Virus record (IMG/VR): IMGVR_UViG_3300014613_000001
Span: 32,001 to 96,000 of that record
From: a virus
Strand: one strand, 5' to 3'
Length of the DNA stretch: 64,000 nt
Shown here: one piece after another, positions 39,042-48,503 of the stretch
How the letters are laid out: each line of letters begins with the position of its first letter
How positions within the stretch are numbered: position 1 is the first letter of the stretch
Notes under the pieces: generated by a model
What the model was told of the DNA's origin: nothing
Seen by the model: only the letters and a program-made list of their open reading frames with translations
The model's database searches: none
Position numbers and translations under genes: made by a program

Positions 39042-40279
39042 GAGACCTCCGCATGCTTCAGGCACGCATAGTACAGCTTCCAGAAGAGCTCTACGTCTGT
39101 GTGAAGCAGGTCTACGAGGGCGGATCCGTAGGGACCCCACGGCGCGTCATCCAAGAGCACTTCGCCCACGTCATCCACGAGTGTTGAGACTTTCGCCTTG
39201 TCTTCGTGGAGGATGAGCCCAAATCGCTTTGCGGTGATGAACAGATCAGAAGCGTGGTCAAAGCCGGTGTCAAAGTAGTACTTCAGCTCGCCGCGGCCTC
39301 CTTCATGGCATCCGGCCTTGCCCTTGCTGATGTGGTACTTGGCGACCTTACCGAGTTGCGGAAGACCCTCTGCCGGGATGTGATCACCTGACGTGAGCGT
39401 GATATCCAGGAGCTTTCCGTGTCGGATTGCATGTGGAGAGGCGTCTCCCCACTCGCGCATCTTCCGCGTTCGGTTCATACGCGATCGGACCTGATTCGTC
39501 ATGATCAATGTGGTGAGGTTCAGCGTACCCCGTTTTGGACTTGTGAGATACGGATACGCTTTGCGCATGAACTCGCTGAGCATGAAGGCAGTAGCGGCCT
39601 GCTTCGGCTCCTTGTCGAGCATGGTCTTCATGCGGTACTCAGTCGACGCCGCACCGAGGCTGTCGATGACGATGACCTGACAGTAGTTCTGCGCGAGCAG
39701 CTCGAGGACGCCCTCGAGACGTTGCTCATGGGTCCCGTCTCCGAAGACGAAGAATTCTCCGAGCTCGACCTTTCGTCTTTCGATCTCGAGCTCTGCCAGC
39801 GGGGGGAGCCCCCGCCTTTCAAGAAGTGCATCCTCGAACCTGAGATCCAGATCGGAGGAGGGCACGATGACACCTTGGATGCGAAGATGTTGCTTGTCGA
39901 TGGGGTGCTCGAGGCAGCACCATCCGATGCGCGAGTCTTGACCGTAGATCTCCTGGCAGGTAGAGACAACCTGCGCAGCCAGTGCATCCTTTCCAGCTCC
40001 AGCAGGGCCGTCAATCTGAGTGATACCACCGGCCGGCAGTCCCCCTCCGATGTCGCAGTCGATAGACGCAAGGCCGGTCGGGCGACGAAGGAGGAACGGG
40101 TTGGCCGCGTCGCGACCGAATCTGATAACGTCTCTCTTGTTTTTGTACCCCTCGTTGATCTTCTTGTTGATATAGGCTACGACCTCTTTGGCGGACAGAG
40201 GCGGAACCTCTTCATCAAAGAATCCGAGATCACTTGGGTCTCGGGGCTTTGAGTCTGTCGTGTCTTTCTTTTTTGCCAT
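39023..40279 (-). CDS. recA: RecA/UvsX-like recombinase
   Basis: PTGLASIDCDIGGGLPAGGITQIDGPAGAGKD, IVIDSLGA, LIMTNQVR. Confidence 0.9.
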   Translation of the reverse strand: MAKKKDTTDSKPRDPSDLGFFDEEVPPLSAKEVVAYINKKINEGYKNKRDVIRFGRDAANPFLLRRPTGLASIDCDIGGGLPAGGITQIDGPAGAGKDALAAQVVSTCQEIYGQDSRIGWCCLEHPIDKQHLRIQGVIVPSSDLDLRFEDALLERRGLPPLAELEIERRKVELGEFFVFGDGTHEQRLEGVLELLAQNYCQVIVIDSLGAASTEYRMKTMLDKEPKQAATAFMLSEFMRKAYPYLTSPKRGTLNLTTLIMTNQVRSRMNRTRKMREWGDASPHAIRHGKLLDITLTSGDHIPAEGLPQLGKVAKYHISKGKAGCHEGGRGELKYYFDTGFDHASDLFITAKRFGLILHEDKAKVSTLVDDVGEVLLDDAPWGPYGSALVDLLHTDVELFWKLYYACLKHAEVSCLHKL

Positions 40280-40280
40280 G

Positions 40281-40622
40281 TCAGCCCCGTTTGTCGCAGC
40301 GGCTTGGATTTTTGTGATAGTGCAGCTTGACCGACACCTGCAGGTCAACCTTCGCGAGGGCCGGCAGGGGCCAGCCGGCGATAGGTTTTCCGGGGAGAGC
40401 GAGACCCATGTTGATACTTCGTAAGATCATCTTGCAGGCCGCTGTCAGTAGTTGCTCGAGGATCGTCTCGGCTTCAGCACGGTCCATGGCCATATGAAGG
40501 ACCATATCCCGAGGCCCCCATGATGGGCCGGTATCCGCTTCGATCAGCACCGGGTCATCGTCAAGAAGAGGAGCGGCCCACTTCTTATCGTGTGGCCAGT
40601 TACCTTTGTAGATTATGCTCAT
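40281..40622 (-). CDS. Hypothetical protein
   Basis: 113 aa in-operon ORF. Confidence 0.55.
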   Translation of the reverse strand: MSIIYKGNWPHDKKWAAPLLDDDPVLIEADTGPSWGPRDMVLHMAMDRAEAETILEQLLTAACKMILRSINMGLALPGKPIAGWPLPALAKVDLQVSVKLHYHKNPSRCDKRG

Positions 40623-41086
40623 TTCTTTGTCTCCTCGAAGGGCTCAGATCCGCACTTCGAGCATACCGGGGGTTTACCAGAGAGCTCACCGCCGCACTTC
40701 GGACACTTGCCAGATTCGGAGGCATTCTTGATGAACGCCCCATTCTCGTCTGTTTCGTAGCCGTACTTTTCCATCTTCTTCCTCTTCATCTCTTCCTTGC
40801 TGATCGCCTCGGTCTTGAGCTTTCCCCGTCTCCGCCACCCGTAACATCGCTGCATAGAGACGTCCATCAGGCTGACTCGGACACCTCTTCTGGGCAGCGT
40901 GAAGACCCGTATGGCTGGGCGGAAGTTCGCGAATCCACGTATTCGCACCATCTCACCAGTGATCGTGGCGTCCATGATCTTGTGGAATGCGATCGTCAGC
41001 ACCTTTGTGATGATAGCCCGGTTGATATGTAGCCCGGACTTCTTCAGTTCGATCTGAACGTCTTTTACGAGACTTACCTTGTCCAC
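40619..41086 (-). CDS. HU/IHF-like DNA-binding protein with C-terminal Zn ribbon
   Basis: MDKVSLVKDV..GEMVRIRGFANF (HU); CPKCGG..CSKCG. Confidence 0.7.
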   Translation of the reverse strand: MDKVSLVKDVQIELKKSGLHINRAIITKVLTIAFHKIMDATITGEMVRIRGFANFRPAIRVFTLPRRGVRVSLMDVSMQRCYGWRRRGKLKTEAISKEEMKRKKMEKYGYETDENGAFIKNASESGKCPKCGGELSGKPPVCSKCGSEPFEETKK

Positions 41087-41089
41087 CAG

Positions 41090-41323
41090 CTACTCCTTCT
41101 CCGCCCAATCCTTGAGCATTTCTTCAGGCAGGGGCATCGTCTCGATGAGTGGTACCTCCTCGATACAGAATGCCACGAAGTCGTGTTCATCCGGAGGGAT
41201 GTGCCTCTTGTAGTTTTCGAGGAGCTCTGGGTCGTATGCAGCGGCGACGGTTTCTCGGTACCGTTCATAGTAGTCGCCGTAATCTCCTTCCTGCTCTCCG
41301 ACCAACACGTACATAGCCCTCAT
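41090..41323 (-). CDS. Small acidic hypothetical protein
   Basis: 77 aa in-operon ORF. Confidence 0.6.
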   Translation of the reverse strand: MRAMYVLVGEQEGDYGDYYERYRETVAAAYDPELLENYKRHIPPDEHDFVAFCIEEVPLIETMPLPEEMLKDWAEKE

Positions 41324-41338
41324 TGAATTTTCCTCGCT

Positions 41339-41962
41339 TTACGCTTTTGCTGCATCCCAGTTGTCGCCGACTCCAGGAGGGGCCCGTAGTGGAACGCGAA
41401 GCGGCAGCCCGGGGTGCTCCATGTGATATCGGATGATCGGGCATGCCTCCTCTACGTTCTCGTCTGGTGCTTCGAACACCAGCTCGTCGTGAATCTGCAG
41501 GAGCAGGTGTACACCGAGTCGTCTGAGCTCTGGATCCTGAGAGCACCGGACCATAGCTATCATCACGATATCAGCGGCGGTGCCTTGTATTTTATGGTTC
41601 CTACCAGCTCTTTCGCCGTCGCGGGAGAGCTTACACTTAGGGCACCAACAGAGCTTCCTCCGTTTGGCCCGAGCTCTTTCGAGGTGTTCTTCACTGTCGT
41701 CCAAACTCATGGTGTCATAGAACCAACGCCGACGTCCGAGGATTGTAGCTACGAATTTGTTCCGCGCGAGTTGCTGGGTCATGTCGGTGATGAACGTTTC
41801 TGCTTCCGGGATGCCGGCGAAGAATTCTTTGATCTTGTCCTGCGCCATGAGCGTTGATTCGCGCATGACGGAGTCGTCACTCCAGTTCGGGTATTCTGCG
41901 CGGACCTGAGCTGGGTATCCGAGGTCAATCCCTAATGACCGTGCCGCTTTACCGTAAATCAG
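41339..41962 (-). CDS. polA: DNA polymerase family A, exon 2
   Basis: Begins LIYG (end of motif B); TILGRRR, IQGTAADI, LLQIHDELVFE (motif C). Confidence 0.9.
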   Translation of the reverse strand: MIYGKAARSLGIDLGYPAQVRAEYPNWSDDSVMRESTLMAQDKIKEFFAGIPEAETFITDMTQQLARNKFVATILGRRRWFYDTMSLDDSEEHLERARAKRRKLCWCPKCKLSRDGERAGRNHKIQGTAADIVMIAMVRCSQDPELRRLGVHLLLQIHDELVFEAPDENVEEACPIIRYHMEHPGLPLRVPLRAPPGVGDNWDAAKA

Positions 41963-42239
41963 CAATTTCGTACACTTAGAACGTGCACTGTTCCCTTGTT
42001 TCCAAGGGCTCTGACTATCCCTTGACTCGTGGTTTGTGGCCTCCGCGAGTCCCCTCCGTGTCAACACTGCTTGCGGCATGACTAGCCCAGCCAATGAACA
42101 TGGCCACAGCGTTGAGTGGGCCCAGGATGGGCTACCACAAGTCGATACACCCTGGCTGGCGCCAGGACACGGGATTGCCTTATGCCGCAGCACTTAGGTT
42201 TCCCCGTTGAGAGGAGGGTTTCTCTTCGGCCTGATGTTG
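41963..42239 (-). mobile_element. Group I self-splicing intron (IA-like, no homing endonuclease ORF), 277 nt
   Basis: Exon ends in U and intron ends in G. Pairings: P1 CUUCGGU/GCCGAAG, P10 AUCAG/CUGAU, P3 CCCUCC/GGAGGG, P4 ACGGG/CCCGU, P6a CCUGGC/GCCAGG, P7 GACU/AGUC, P8 GACUCG/CGAGUC, P9 CCCUUG-GAAA-CAAGGG. Removal restores KNIGFG-LIYG in frame. Confidence 0.93.
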
Positions 42240-43649
42240 ACCGAAGCCAATGTTCTTGATCGCGTCCCGGAGAGCCTTCAGGTATTTCTGCCGAGGTGTC
42301 CGCTGATCCCCCGGCGTCTTTTTGGCAGCTGCAACCTCGTCATATGGCTCGAGGTAGACCAGTTCGACGTTCGCGGTGTGGATGTCTCTGCCGCTTTTGG
42401 CAGCTTCGATGAGACCCTCGGCTCCGCTGAAATGCCCGAGGACGTACATCTCGAGCTGATCATAGTCGGCGACGATCAGCTTGTATCCTGGGGTGGCAAT
42501 GAACGCTTTTCGGATATCAAAAAGTGCAGAACCAGAACGAGTCTGATTTTGCAAATTCGGATCCGATGAGCTCAAACGTGCCGTGTCCGCGACATGCTGA
42601 TTGAAGGTTGTGTGGACGCGCCCGTTGACGGCCCGTGCCATCAGGCCGTCGATGTAGGTGCCAATGAGCTTGGACAAACCACGATGTTGAAGAATGAGGT
42701 CCGCGGCTTCGACGCCCTCGTCTCGAAGCTGCTTCAGCACCGACTTTTGTGTCGATGGCTTCTTTACGCCCGTCGAGCCTCCGGAGGTTTTCTTGATGGG
42801 TTCAATCTCGAGCTGATCAAACAAGAGACGAGCTAGCTGCGGGCCCGAGTTTGGGTTGATCTCCCAGCCGGCGATCTTGTTCAGCTTTGCCCCGATCTCG
42901 TTGATCTTTTGTTGCACACCGGGACGGATTTCAGAGAGGTAGTTCGTGTCCAGGAGAATCCCGCGCCGCTCCATCTCGAAGAGGACGCGTGTCATCGGTA
43001 CTTCCCAGCGTAGGAATACGTCCCAGAGCGTGTCTCCATACTCAGTCTCGATGAGCTGAAGGTGTCCAGCAAGTCGGTAGAAGAGTCGGAAGACGGCCCA
43101 GGCGTCCAGGCTCGCATAGTCGATAACGCGGTTAGGATCGCTCTCAAACCGCTCTAGAAGGATCTCGTACATCTCTTTGTTTTTTGGCTTGATCAACTTC
43201 CCCGTGGTTCCCTGCGGGTAGAATGTCTCCTTGAAGCCCATCATGATTTCGTTGAACTCTCTTGTGTATGCCTCTTTCAGTCCGTGCCCACGACCCGGGT
43301 CGATCAGTCGATCCATGGTCAGCGTGCACATGAGATCACCGCGAAGTTCGATACCGCAGTTCGCTAAGATGTTGGCGTCGTACTTGATCTGGCTTCCGAT
43401 CCATGCCTTTGTGGGGTCCTCGAGCACGGCTTTGAAGTTCCAAAGTCGATCTCGCTTCAAAAAGTAGCGGTCCTCGCCCGTAGAGAGCGACCAGAAGACG
43501 ACTCGGTCTCGAGCAATGTCGAGGCCTGTCGTCTCTGTGTCAACAGCGAGCAGGTCATGGTGTACCAAGAGCTCCTTCAGCCTGCTCTCTGCCCTGTCCG
43601 TATTGACGTATACTGGCACTGGCCTGTCTAATGTCCACTCTGCGTGCAC
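42240..43649 (-). CDS. polA: DNA polymerase family A, exon 1 (3'-5' exonuclease + polymerase; no 5'-3' exonuclease domain)
   Basis: AVDTETTGL, YASLDA, TARLSSSDPNLQN, ADYDQLE (motif A), DIH, KNIGFG; GGAGG RBS + GTG. Confidence 0.92.
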
Positions 43650-43668
43650 AGCTCCTCCGAGGGGGGTG

Positions 43669-43694
43669 CCCCACCCCGCCGAAACGGGGTGGGG
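43669..43694. promoter_or_regulatory. 10-bp GC hairpin just upstream of the polA RBS
   Basis: CCCCACCCCG-ccgaaa-CGGGGTGGGG; no U-tract. Confidence 0.55.
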
Positions 43695-43712
43695 GCTTTG
43701 AGTCAGGTTGGT

Positions 43713-44795
43713 CTATCGCTCTTCGTGTCCTTGATCACTGCGACGTGCGCTGGTGTCGTTTTTGTTGAAGGGGTTTGGGATCTTGAACTTTTCCGCCTGC
43801 TCCTTGATGGAGACGATAGGGTAGATTCGTTCGATGTCCGCGGGGTCCATCAGGTGACGGACCCGCTCGAGCTCTGCTTTGGTCACGGGGCGGGACTTGG
43901 AGAATCCCAGTGAGGTGTTGACGCCTTCGCCGGAGCGGAACATCTCCATGACCGTGTTCCACATAGTGAGCGGACGCGGTTCACTGCAACTGTTGCACTC
44001 CGGTATCTCGTCCAGGTAGTCCGTCGTGTTGCACTTCGTGCAGGTGATCTCTCGATCTCTGAGATCGGCCAACCTCTCGTCGCTGATCTCTTCGTCTTCG
44101 AGGTTCACAAAGGTCTCGTGGCAGTGATGGCATTCGAAGCAGAACGGTTCGAGATCACCACCGCACTCGCACTGGGACGCGAGGGTCACGATGTCGTGAT
44201 TGGCGAGCTGCTCGACGAAGCTGGTACCGATCGGCCAATACACCGTCCGCCCGAACGTGATCTCTTTGCCGCTTCGGCAGTATGAGCAGCGACGTCCTTT
44301 GCACTGGATCAGCGACTTGTACGGCTTGCCGGTCTTCTCGCTCACCTTTTCGGACTCCACTTCGTGGAAGTCAGCGAGGAGCACGGCGTTGAAGATGTGC
44401 AGCTTTCGGGCGAAGCTGATCCCACCCTCTTTTCCGTTCTCGTTCGCAGAATGGCAGGGGACGCATGCTCCGTCACCGACGTCGATGACCTCTTCTCCGT
44501 TCTCGTAGTAGATAGCGAGGCCGGCCGAGCAGGTGAGGAACGTGTTGGCGGGCTTGGAGAAGTGTTGGAAAACCAGGCCGTATGGCCGCTCGATGACCTC
44601 ATCCCGGTTGTGCTCCGTGTCCAGGAGTGGGATGCGGTATTTCCCCTTGAAGAGGAGGATGGGGACCATGTGCTCCCCGGCCTTCGGTGGAGTCCACCGA
44701 TCACCAAAATTGGTACCACTACGCTTTCGCCCGCGTACTGATCCCTTTAGCTGACGTCCAGCTCGAACAGTTTTTCGTACTCTGTCCTCGTCCAT
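43713..44795 (-). CDS. Putative single-stranded DNA-binding protein (gp32-like) with Zn ribbons
   Basis: Lies between primase and polA; multiple CxxC pairs; OB-like strands (HIFNAV, VYWPIG, EMFRSGEG). Start uncertain. Confidence 0.5.
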   Translation of the reverse strand: MDEDRVRKTVRAGRQLKGSVRGRKRSGTNFGDRWTPPKAGEHMVPILLFKGKYRIPLLDTEHNRDEVIERPYGLVFQHFSKPANTFLTCSAGLAIYYENGEEVIDVGDGACVPCHSANENGKEGGISFARKLHIFNAVLLADFHEVESEKVSEKTGKPYKSLIQCKGRRCSYCRSGKEITFGRTVYWPIGTSFVEQLANHDIVTLASQCECGGDLEPFCFECHHCHETFVNLEDEEISDERLADLRDREITCTKCNTTDYLDEIPECNSCSEPRPLTMWNTVMEMFRSGEGVNTSLGFSKSRPVTKAELERVRHLMDPADIERIYPIVSIKEQAEKFKIPNPFNKNDTSARRSDQGHEER

Positions 44796-45811
44796 TGCAC
44801 ATACCTTACTTTCGACTCGATGATGTTTCTGAGTCCTGTGCGGTTCAAGTCTTCGAGCTCTTCTGCCCACGAGGGGTACTGTCCTACGTACACCTCGCGG
44901 GATTTGGAGAGCCACTTACCAATCTTCTCTGTCGCCGACACCCCGGCCGGATCGTTATCCAAAAGCAGGATGACGCACGAGGACGGGATGACGTGCAGCA
45001 CGCGGTGCTGCTCCTTCGTCATGTGGGACCCCATGAGGGCAACTGTGTTGGTGCAGCTGTTCTGGATCATCCAGATGCAGCCCTTGAACCCCTCCACGAT
45101 GATGAGGGGCTGTCGCCGTTTCCTGTGTTGAGCTTCCGCATAGACGCGGTAGCCGTTCCAGAGGTGGTGGTTCCCCAAGATGCTGTACTTAGGGTGGGCC
45201 TCGTCGAATTCTGGCCCATAATCCCCGGGGACGAACTCCCCTTTGTAGTCTCGATACCCTCCTGTGTACACCTTGTATCTCGGCGCATCTCCGCGAACCG
45301 TAGCCCGCCCAGAGTATCCGACGAGGTTCCCGTAGGTGTCTCGAATCGGGAACATGATTCTTTCATTACGACGGTCATAGCCGATATCGAGCTCGTGCAG
45401 CAGCTTTCGATCAAACCCCGCGCGCACAAGATCAAGCGGCGTCCAATCGAATATCCCAGTGATGGATTCCGGCAGGATGACCTCGCTGAGTCTGGGATCC
45501 TTGTGTGCATCAACGCGTTTTCGTCGTTGCCTTTTCCTTTCATAATTTTGCAGCTCGAGACGGACAGGCGCGGTCAACCTGTCGATGGTCTGTCGTCGAA
45601 GTCCGATCAGCCGTAGGAGTGTGGCAAGGTTACCGGACCTGTGACACCCATGACACATCCAGAGCCCGTTACGAACGTTGATGGCGAAGCTGGGGTCTCG
45701 GTCGTTATGGTCCGGTAGCGGGCAGCACGCGTAGACGTTGTCGCTGCCGCCAAGCCGCGCCTTCTCGAGGTATGGCTCGACCACGCTGAATACCGGGCCA
45801 AAGTCTCTCAT
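44747..45811 (-). CDS. dnaG: DNA primase (CHC2 Zn finger + TOPRIM)
   Basis: CCPLPDHNDRDPSF..CHGC; IMFPI; IVEG; LLDND. Confidence 0.88.
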   Translation of the reverse strand: MRDFGPVFSVVEPYLEKARLGGSDNVYACCPLPDHNDRDPSFAINVRNGLWMCHGCHRSGNLATLLRLIGLRRQTIDRLTAPVRLELQNYERKRQRRKRVDAHKDPRLSEVILPESITGIFDWTPLDLVRAGFDRKLLHELDIGYDRRNERIMFPIRDTYGNLVGYSGRATVRGDAPRYKVYTGGYRDYKGEFVPGDYGPEFDEAHPKYSILGNHHLWNGYRVYAEAQHRKRRQPLIIVEGFKGCIWMIQNSCTNTVALMGSHMTKEQHRVLHVIPSSCVILLLDNDPAGVSATEKIGKWLSKSREVYVGQYPSWAEELEDLNRTGLRNIIESKVRYVQWTRTEYEKLFELDVS

Positions 45812-48498
45812 TTGATCCTTTCCGGTGCGCTGATTTCTTCAGTTTGCACTTTGGCTGCTCTCTTCGCAGGCAGCTGGCGATCGTCTGGTCTGACTGATCG
45901 TTCTTGCCGAATTGGATTTAGACTCGATCGTCGAGTCCTGGGCGGCCCTGGCGCTGCCGGATCGGCTATGTCCCCCTTCACGATCTTTCCCTCCTCATCG
46001 AGCCAGGCGCGGACTCTCCATTTTGTGGAGAGTGTGACTTCCAAGATGAAGCCCCCGACCTGTGTCTCTCTCGAGGCGGCCATGTTGATCTTGAGCCGGG
46101 TTGAGATCCCGTCCTCACCCTTGCCCGCCTTCTTCACACGGTAGACTACGTCGGCTTCCTGCCCGACGGCATCCGCGTAGGCGATGTCGGCGACCTGCTC
46201 ATCCTCAGCTTTGTCTTCGTCCTCCTTCTTTCCGGGTCTGCTTCGTTGCGTGACGCCAATGACCGGTACATGCAGCGACGAGGATACTCCGCTGAGGTCC
46301 TGTACAATGTTGTACTGCGGCTCCCAACGAACCGATCGCTTTCCGGTCCTGTCGTCCTTCATCTTGTAGAAGGCATCCACGATGACGAAGTCCGCGCTGA
46401 ACTCGTCCATCTTCGCCATCAGGTGCGCGACACCGCCACCGTTGGGGTCGTCGTAGGCCGAGCAGAATTTTATGGCCCGACGTCGACCCGCGGTGGCGTC
46501 CATCTCCTCGTCTTTGCCCAGACGTCGAAGCGCGGCCTTGTAGTACTTCCAGTCCAGCTCGGATAGGTTGCCCTCCTTCAGCTCCGTGTAGCTGAGATTG
46601 AGCAGAGCACACGCGACTCGGTCTTCGAATAGAGCTGTGCTCATCTCGCAGGAATAGACGAGCACCCGACGATTCGCGTGCATGTAGGCGTGAGCAGCGA
46701 TCTTCGCGGCTACCCAGCTCTTCATAGAGTTCTTCACGATGAAGTTACTCACCACGAACATTGGGTGCCGATCGTCGTCCATGGTGATGTCCCAGCACCG
46801 CTTCGGTCCGAGACTCTCGATCGACGTGATGGGTTCCCACCTGATGTCCGAATCGGCCCACTCCAGAAGTTGTGGTGCGTCGAGGTGGCCAGCTAGAAGG
46901 CGCAGTAGGTGACGACTGATCTTTCCTGTCCGTCGGAACAGCTTTCCAACGGAAAATCCAGACCACAGACGCTTCCAAGGCCGGCTACCCTTGGCGGTGA
47001 GAATGGCATTCATGAGCTCATCGCTGTAGGGGATGCCGTCGTCTTGTCGTTTCTGAGTGACCCTGCTGCCCGCGAGACGTTGCAGCTGTAGCGACTTGTG
47101 TTGGCAGGCGAGATGGAGAGCCGTGTTTAGGATACGATGTTGCTCCTGGGAGTAGACATTCACGTACCAGGCTCGGGTACCGAGGTTGGTTCGGACCCTC
47201 TGCAGTACCCCTGTGACGCCGAATCGAAGGAGCAAGTGTTTGATGTCGGTTGCCAGGCTATAGCTCGCGGTCGACCAATAGATCTTGTTCCGTGCGACAC
47301 AGCCGTCGGTGTCAGTATAGCCCGATAGAAACTCGGCCACGATCCGATTGCTGCTCGAGAAGATGATGTCTGGCACTCGCTTCGCCGTCGATTTTTGCCC
47401 GTGGCAGCCGATCCGGCGTAGCCAATCTAGCACGGGGTTTGATCGGCCATTCCCGACGATCCTGTAGTGCATGGGCCTGTTGGCGCGAACTTGCGCACCC
47501 ATCGTGGCCGCGCAGTGTCTGAGCGATTCGATTACATCTTGATCTCCTTTGGTGAATTGCACCTCGTTCCGGGTGTAGTTTCCGTCTCCGACGAGCAGCC
47601 CGAGCAATCGTGCGTGCTCCTCCGGTATGTCCTTGGGCTCGGATGGTTCTGGGAGTTTTCGCGCTACGGCGACATGGTTACCTACCTGTAGCTTTGCCGC
47701 GGGCATGTAGGATAGGTTGGAGATCATCATTGGATGATCTTCTCCGACTTCAACGACATGTCCGCTGCGTGTTGTGATCCTGACAGCTTCCTTTGTTCCA
47801 GCGTAGGAGCCAGAGCACCCGCCCCAGTCGAGTCGCTGACCGCCCTTCAGGTACGCCAGCCGATCGGGGGGAGTCTCTATCGGACACAGGATTCCGGTGT
47901 CGGCCAGCACCTCTTGGCCCTCTACCACGCACTTCGGCCTGCCAAAGATGATGATGAAGTCTTCGGTCTGGATGCCCTGAGTTACATCGTTCAGCTCTTC
48001 CCACGGATACGGGATGCCGAGGATGTGCTCCTTGTCCCTTCGCATCCGTGCGCGTTCGATGATGTCCTCGGCGTCTTCGGCTAAGATCTTGTCCGAGCTA
48101 TTCGGGGTCATCTTCTGGAGCTGAATCGTGGCGCTTCGGAGGGTGTCGAGTGCTTTTTCCGGCTCGTCGGCGTCATTGAGGTCTAGAGCTTCGTCAATGG
48201 AGTCGAAGAGCGCCTGCCTTAGCGCAGCTCGTCGTACCTGGACGCAGAGCTCTTGGATGGTCTCCTGAACCTTGTTGAGCACGAACCCGGGGAACCTGGC
48301 GGCCATCCATCGTGCGGAAGGCACGCGTCCGTAGTGCTCTCGATGGTGGTAGTACTGATGGATGTCCTGGAACATGTCCTTCGCGACGGGGTTTCGCAGG
48401 ACATTGTGCCCAACGCCGCTAGACAGGACGGTGCGAAGATCGCTGGTCTCGACAATCTTTGAGATCAGGTCCAGCTCGATCATGTCGTCAGGGGGCAT
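45808..48498 (-). CDS. dnaB: DnaB-like replicative helicase with intein
   Basis: After splicing: IFGRPK/SMKS Walker A, VYSCEM, VIVDAFY, VTQ, ADIAYADAVGQEAD. Confidence 0.85.
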   Translation of the reverse strand: MPPDDMIELDLISKIVETSDLRTVLSSGVGHNVLRNPVAKDMFQDIHQYYHHREHYGRVPSARWMAARFPGFVLNKVQETIQELCVQVRRAALRQALFDSIDEALDLNDADEPEKALDTLRSATIQLQKMTPNSSDKILAEDAEDIIERARMRRDKEHILGIPYPWEELNDVTQGIQTEDFIIIFGRPKCVVEGQEVLADTGILCPIETPPDRLAYLKGGQRLDWGGCSGSYAGTKEAVRITTRSGHVVEVGEDHPMMISNLSYMPAAKLQVGNHVAVARKLPEPSEPKDIPEEHARLLGLLVGDGNYTRNEVQFTKGDQDVIESLRHCAATMGAQVRANRPMHYRIVGNGRSNPVLDWLRRIGCHGQKSTAKRVPDIIFSSSNRIVAEFLSGYTDTDGCVARNKIYWSTASYSLATDIKHLLLRFGVTGVLQRVRTNLGTRAWYVNVYSQEQHRILNTALHLACQHKSLQLQRLAGSRVTQKRQDDGIPYSDELMNAILTAKGSRPWKRLWSGFSVGKLFRRTGKISRHLLRLLAGHLDAPQLLEWADSDIRWEPITSIESLGPKRCWDITMDDDRHPMFVVSNFIVKNSMKSWVAAKIAAHAYMHANRRVLVYSCEMSTALFEDRVACALLNLSYTELKEGNLSELDWKYYKAALRRLGKDEEMDATAGRRRAIKFCSAYDDPNGGGVAHLMAKMDEFSADFVIVDAFYKMKDDRTGKRSVRWEPQYNIVQDLSGVSSSLHVPVIGVTQRSRPGKKEDEDKAEDEQVADIAYADAVGQEADVVYRVKKAGKGEDGISTRLKINMAASRETQVGGFILEVTLSTKWRVRAWLDEEGKIVKGDIADPAAPGPPRTRRSSLNPIRQERSVRPDDRQLPAKRAAKVQTEEISAPERIK
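46729..47931 (-). mobile_element. Intein with LAGLIDADG homing endonuclease (401 aa)
   Basis: Starts CVVEGQEV and ends FIVKN followed by Ser; LLGLLVGDG and FLSGYTDTDG blocks. Confidence 0.92.
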
Positions 48499-48503
48499 GT
48501 ACC

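Noticed and set aside
41963-42193. N-terminal part of ORF 41339..42193 and the C-terminal tail of ORF 42180..43649
   Set aside because: Both are intron sequence read through by the ORF caller.
44796-44915. N-terminal extension of the SSB-like ORF to 44915
   Set aside because: Lies deep inside the primase gene; a later start is more plausible.
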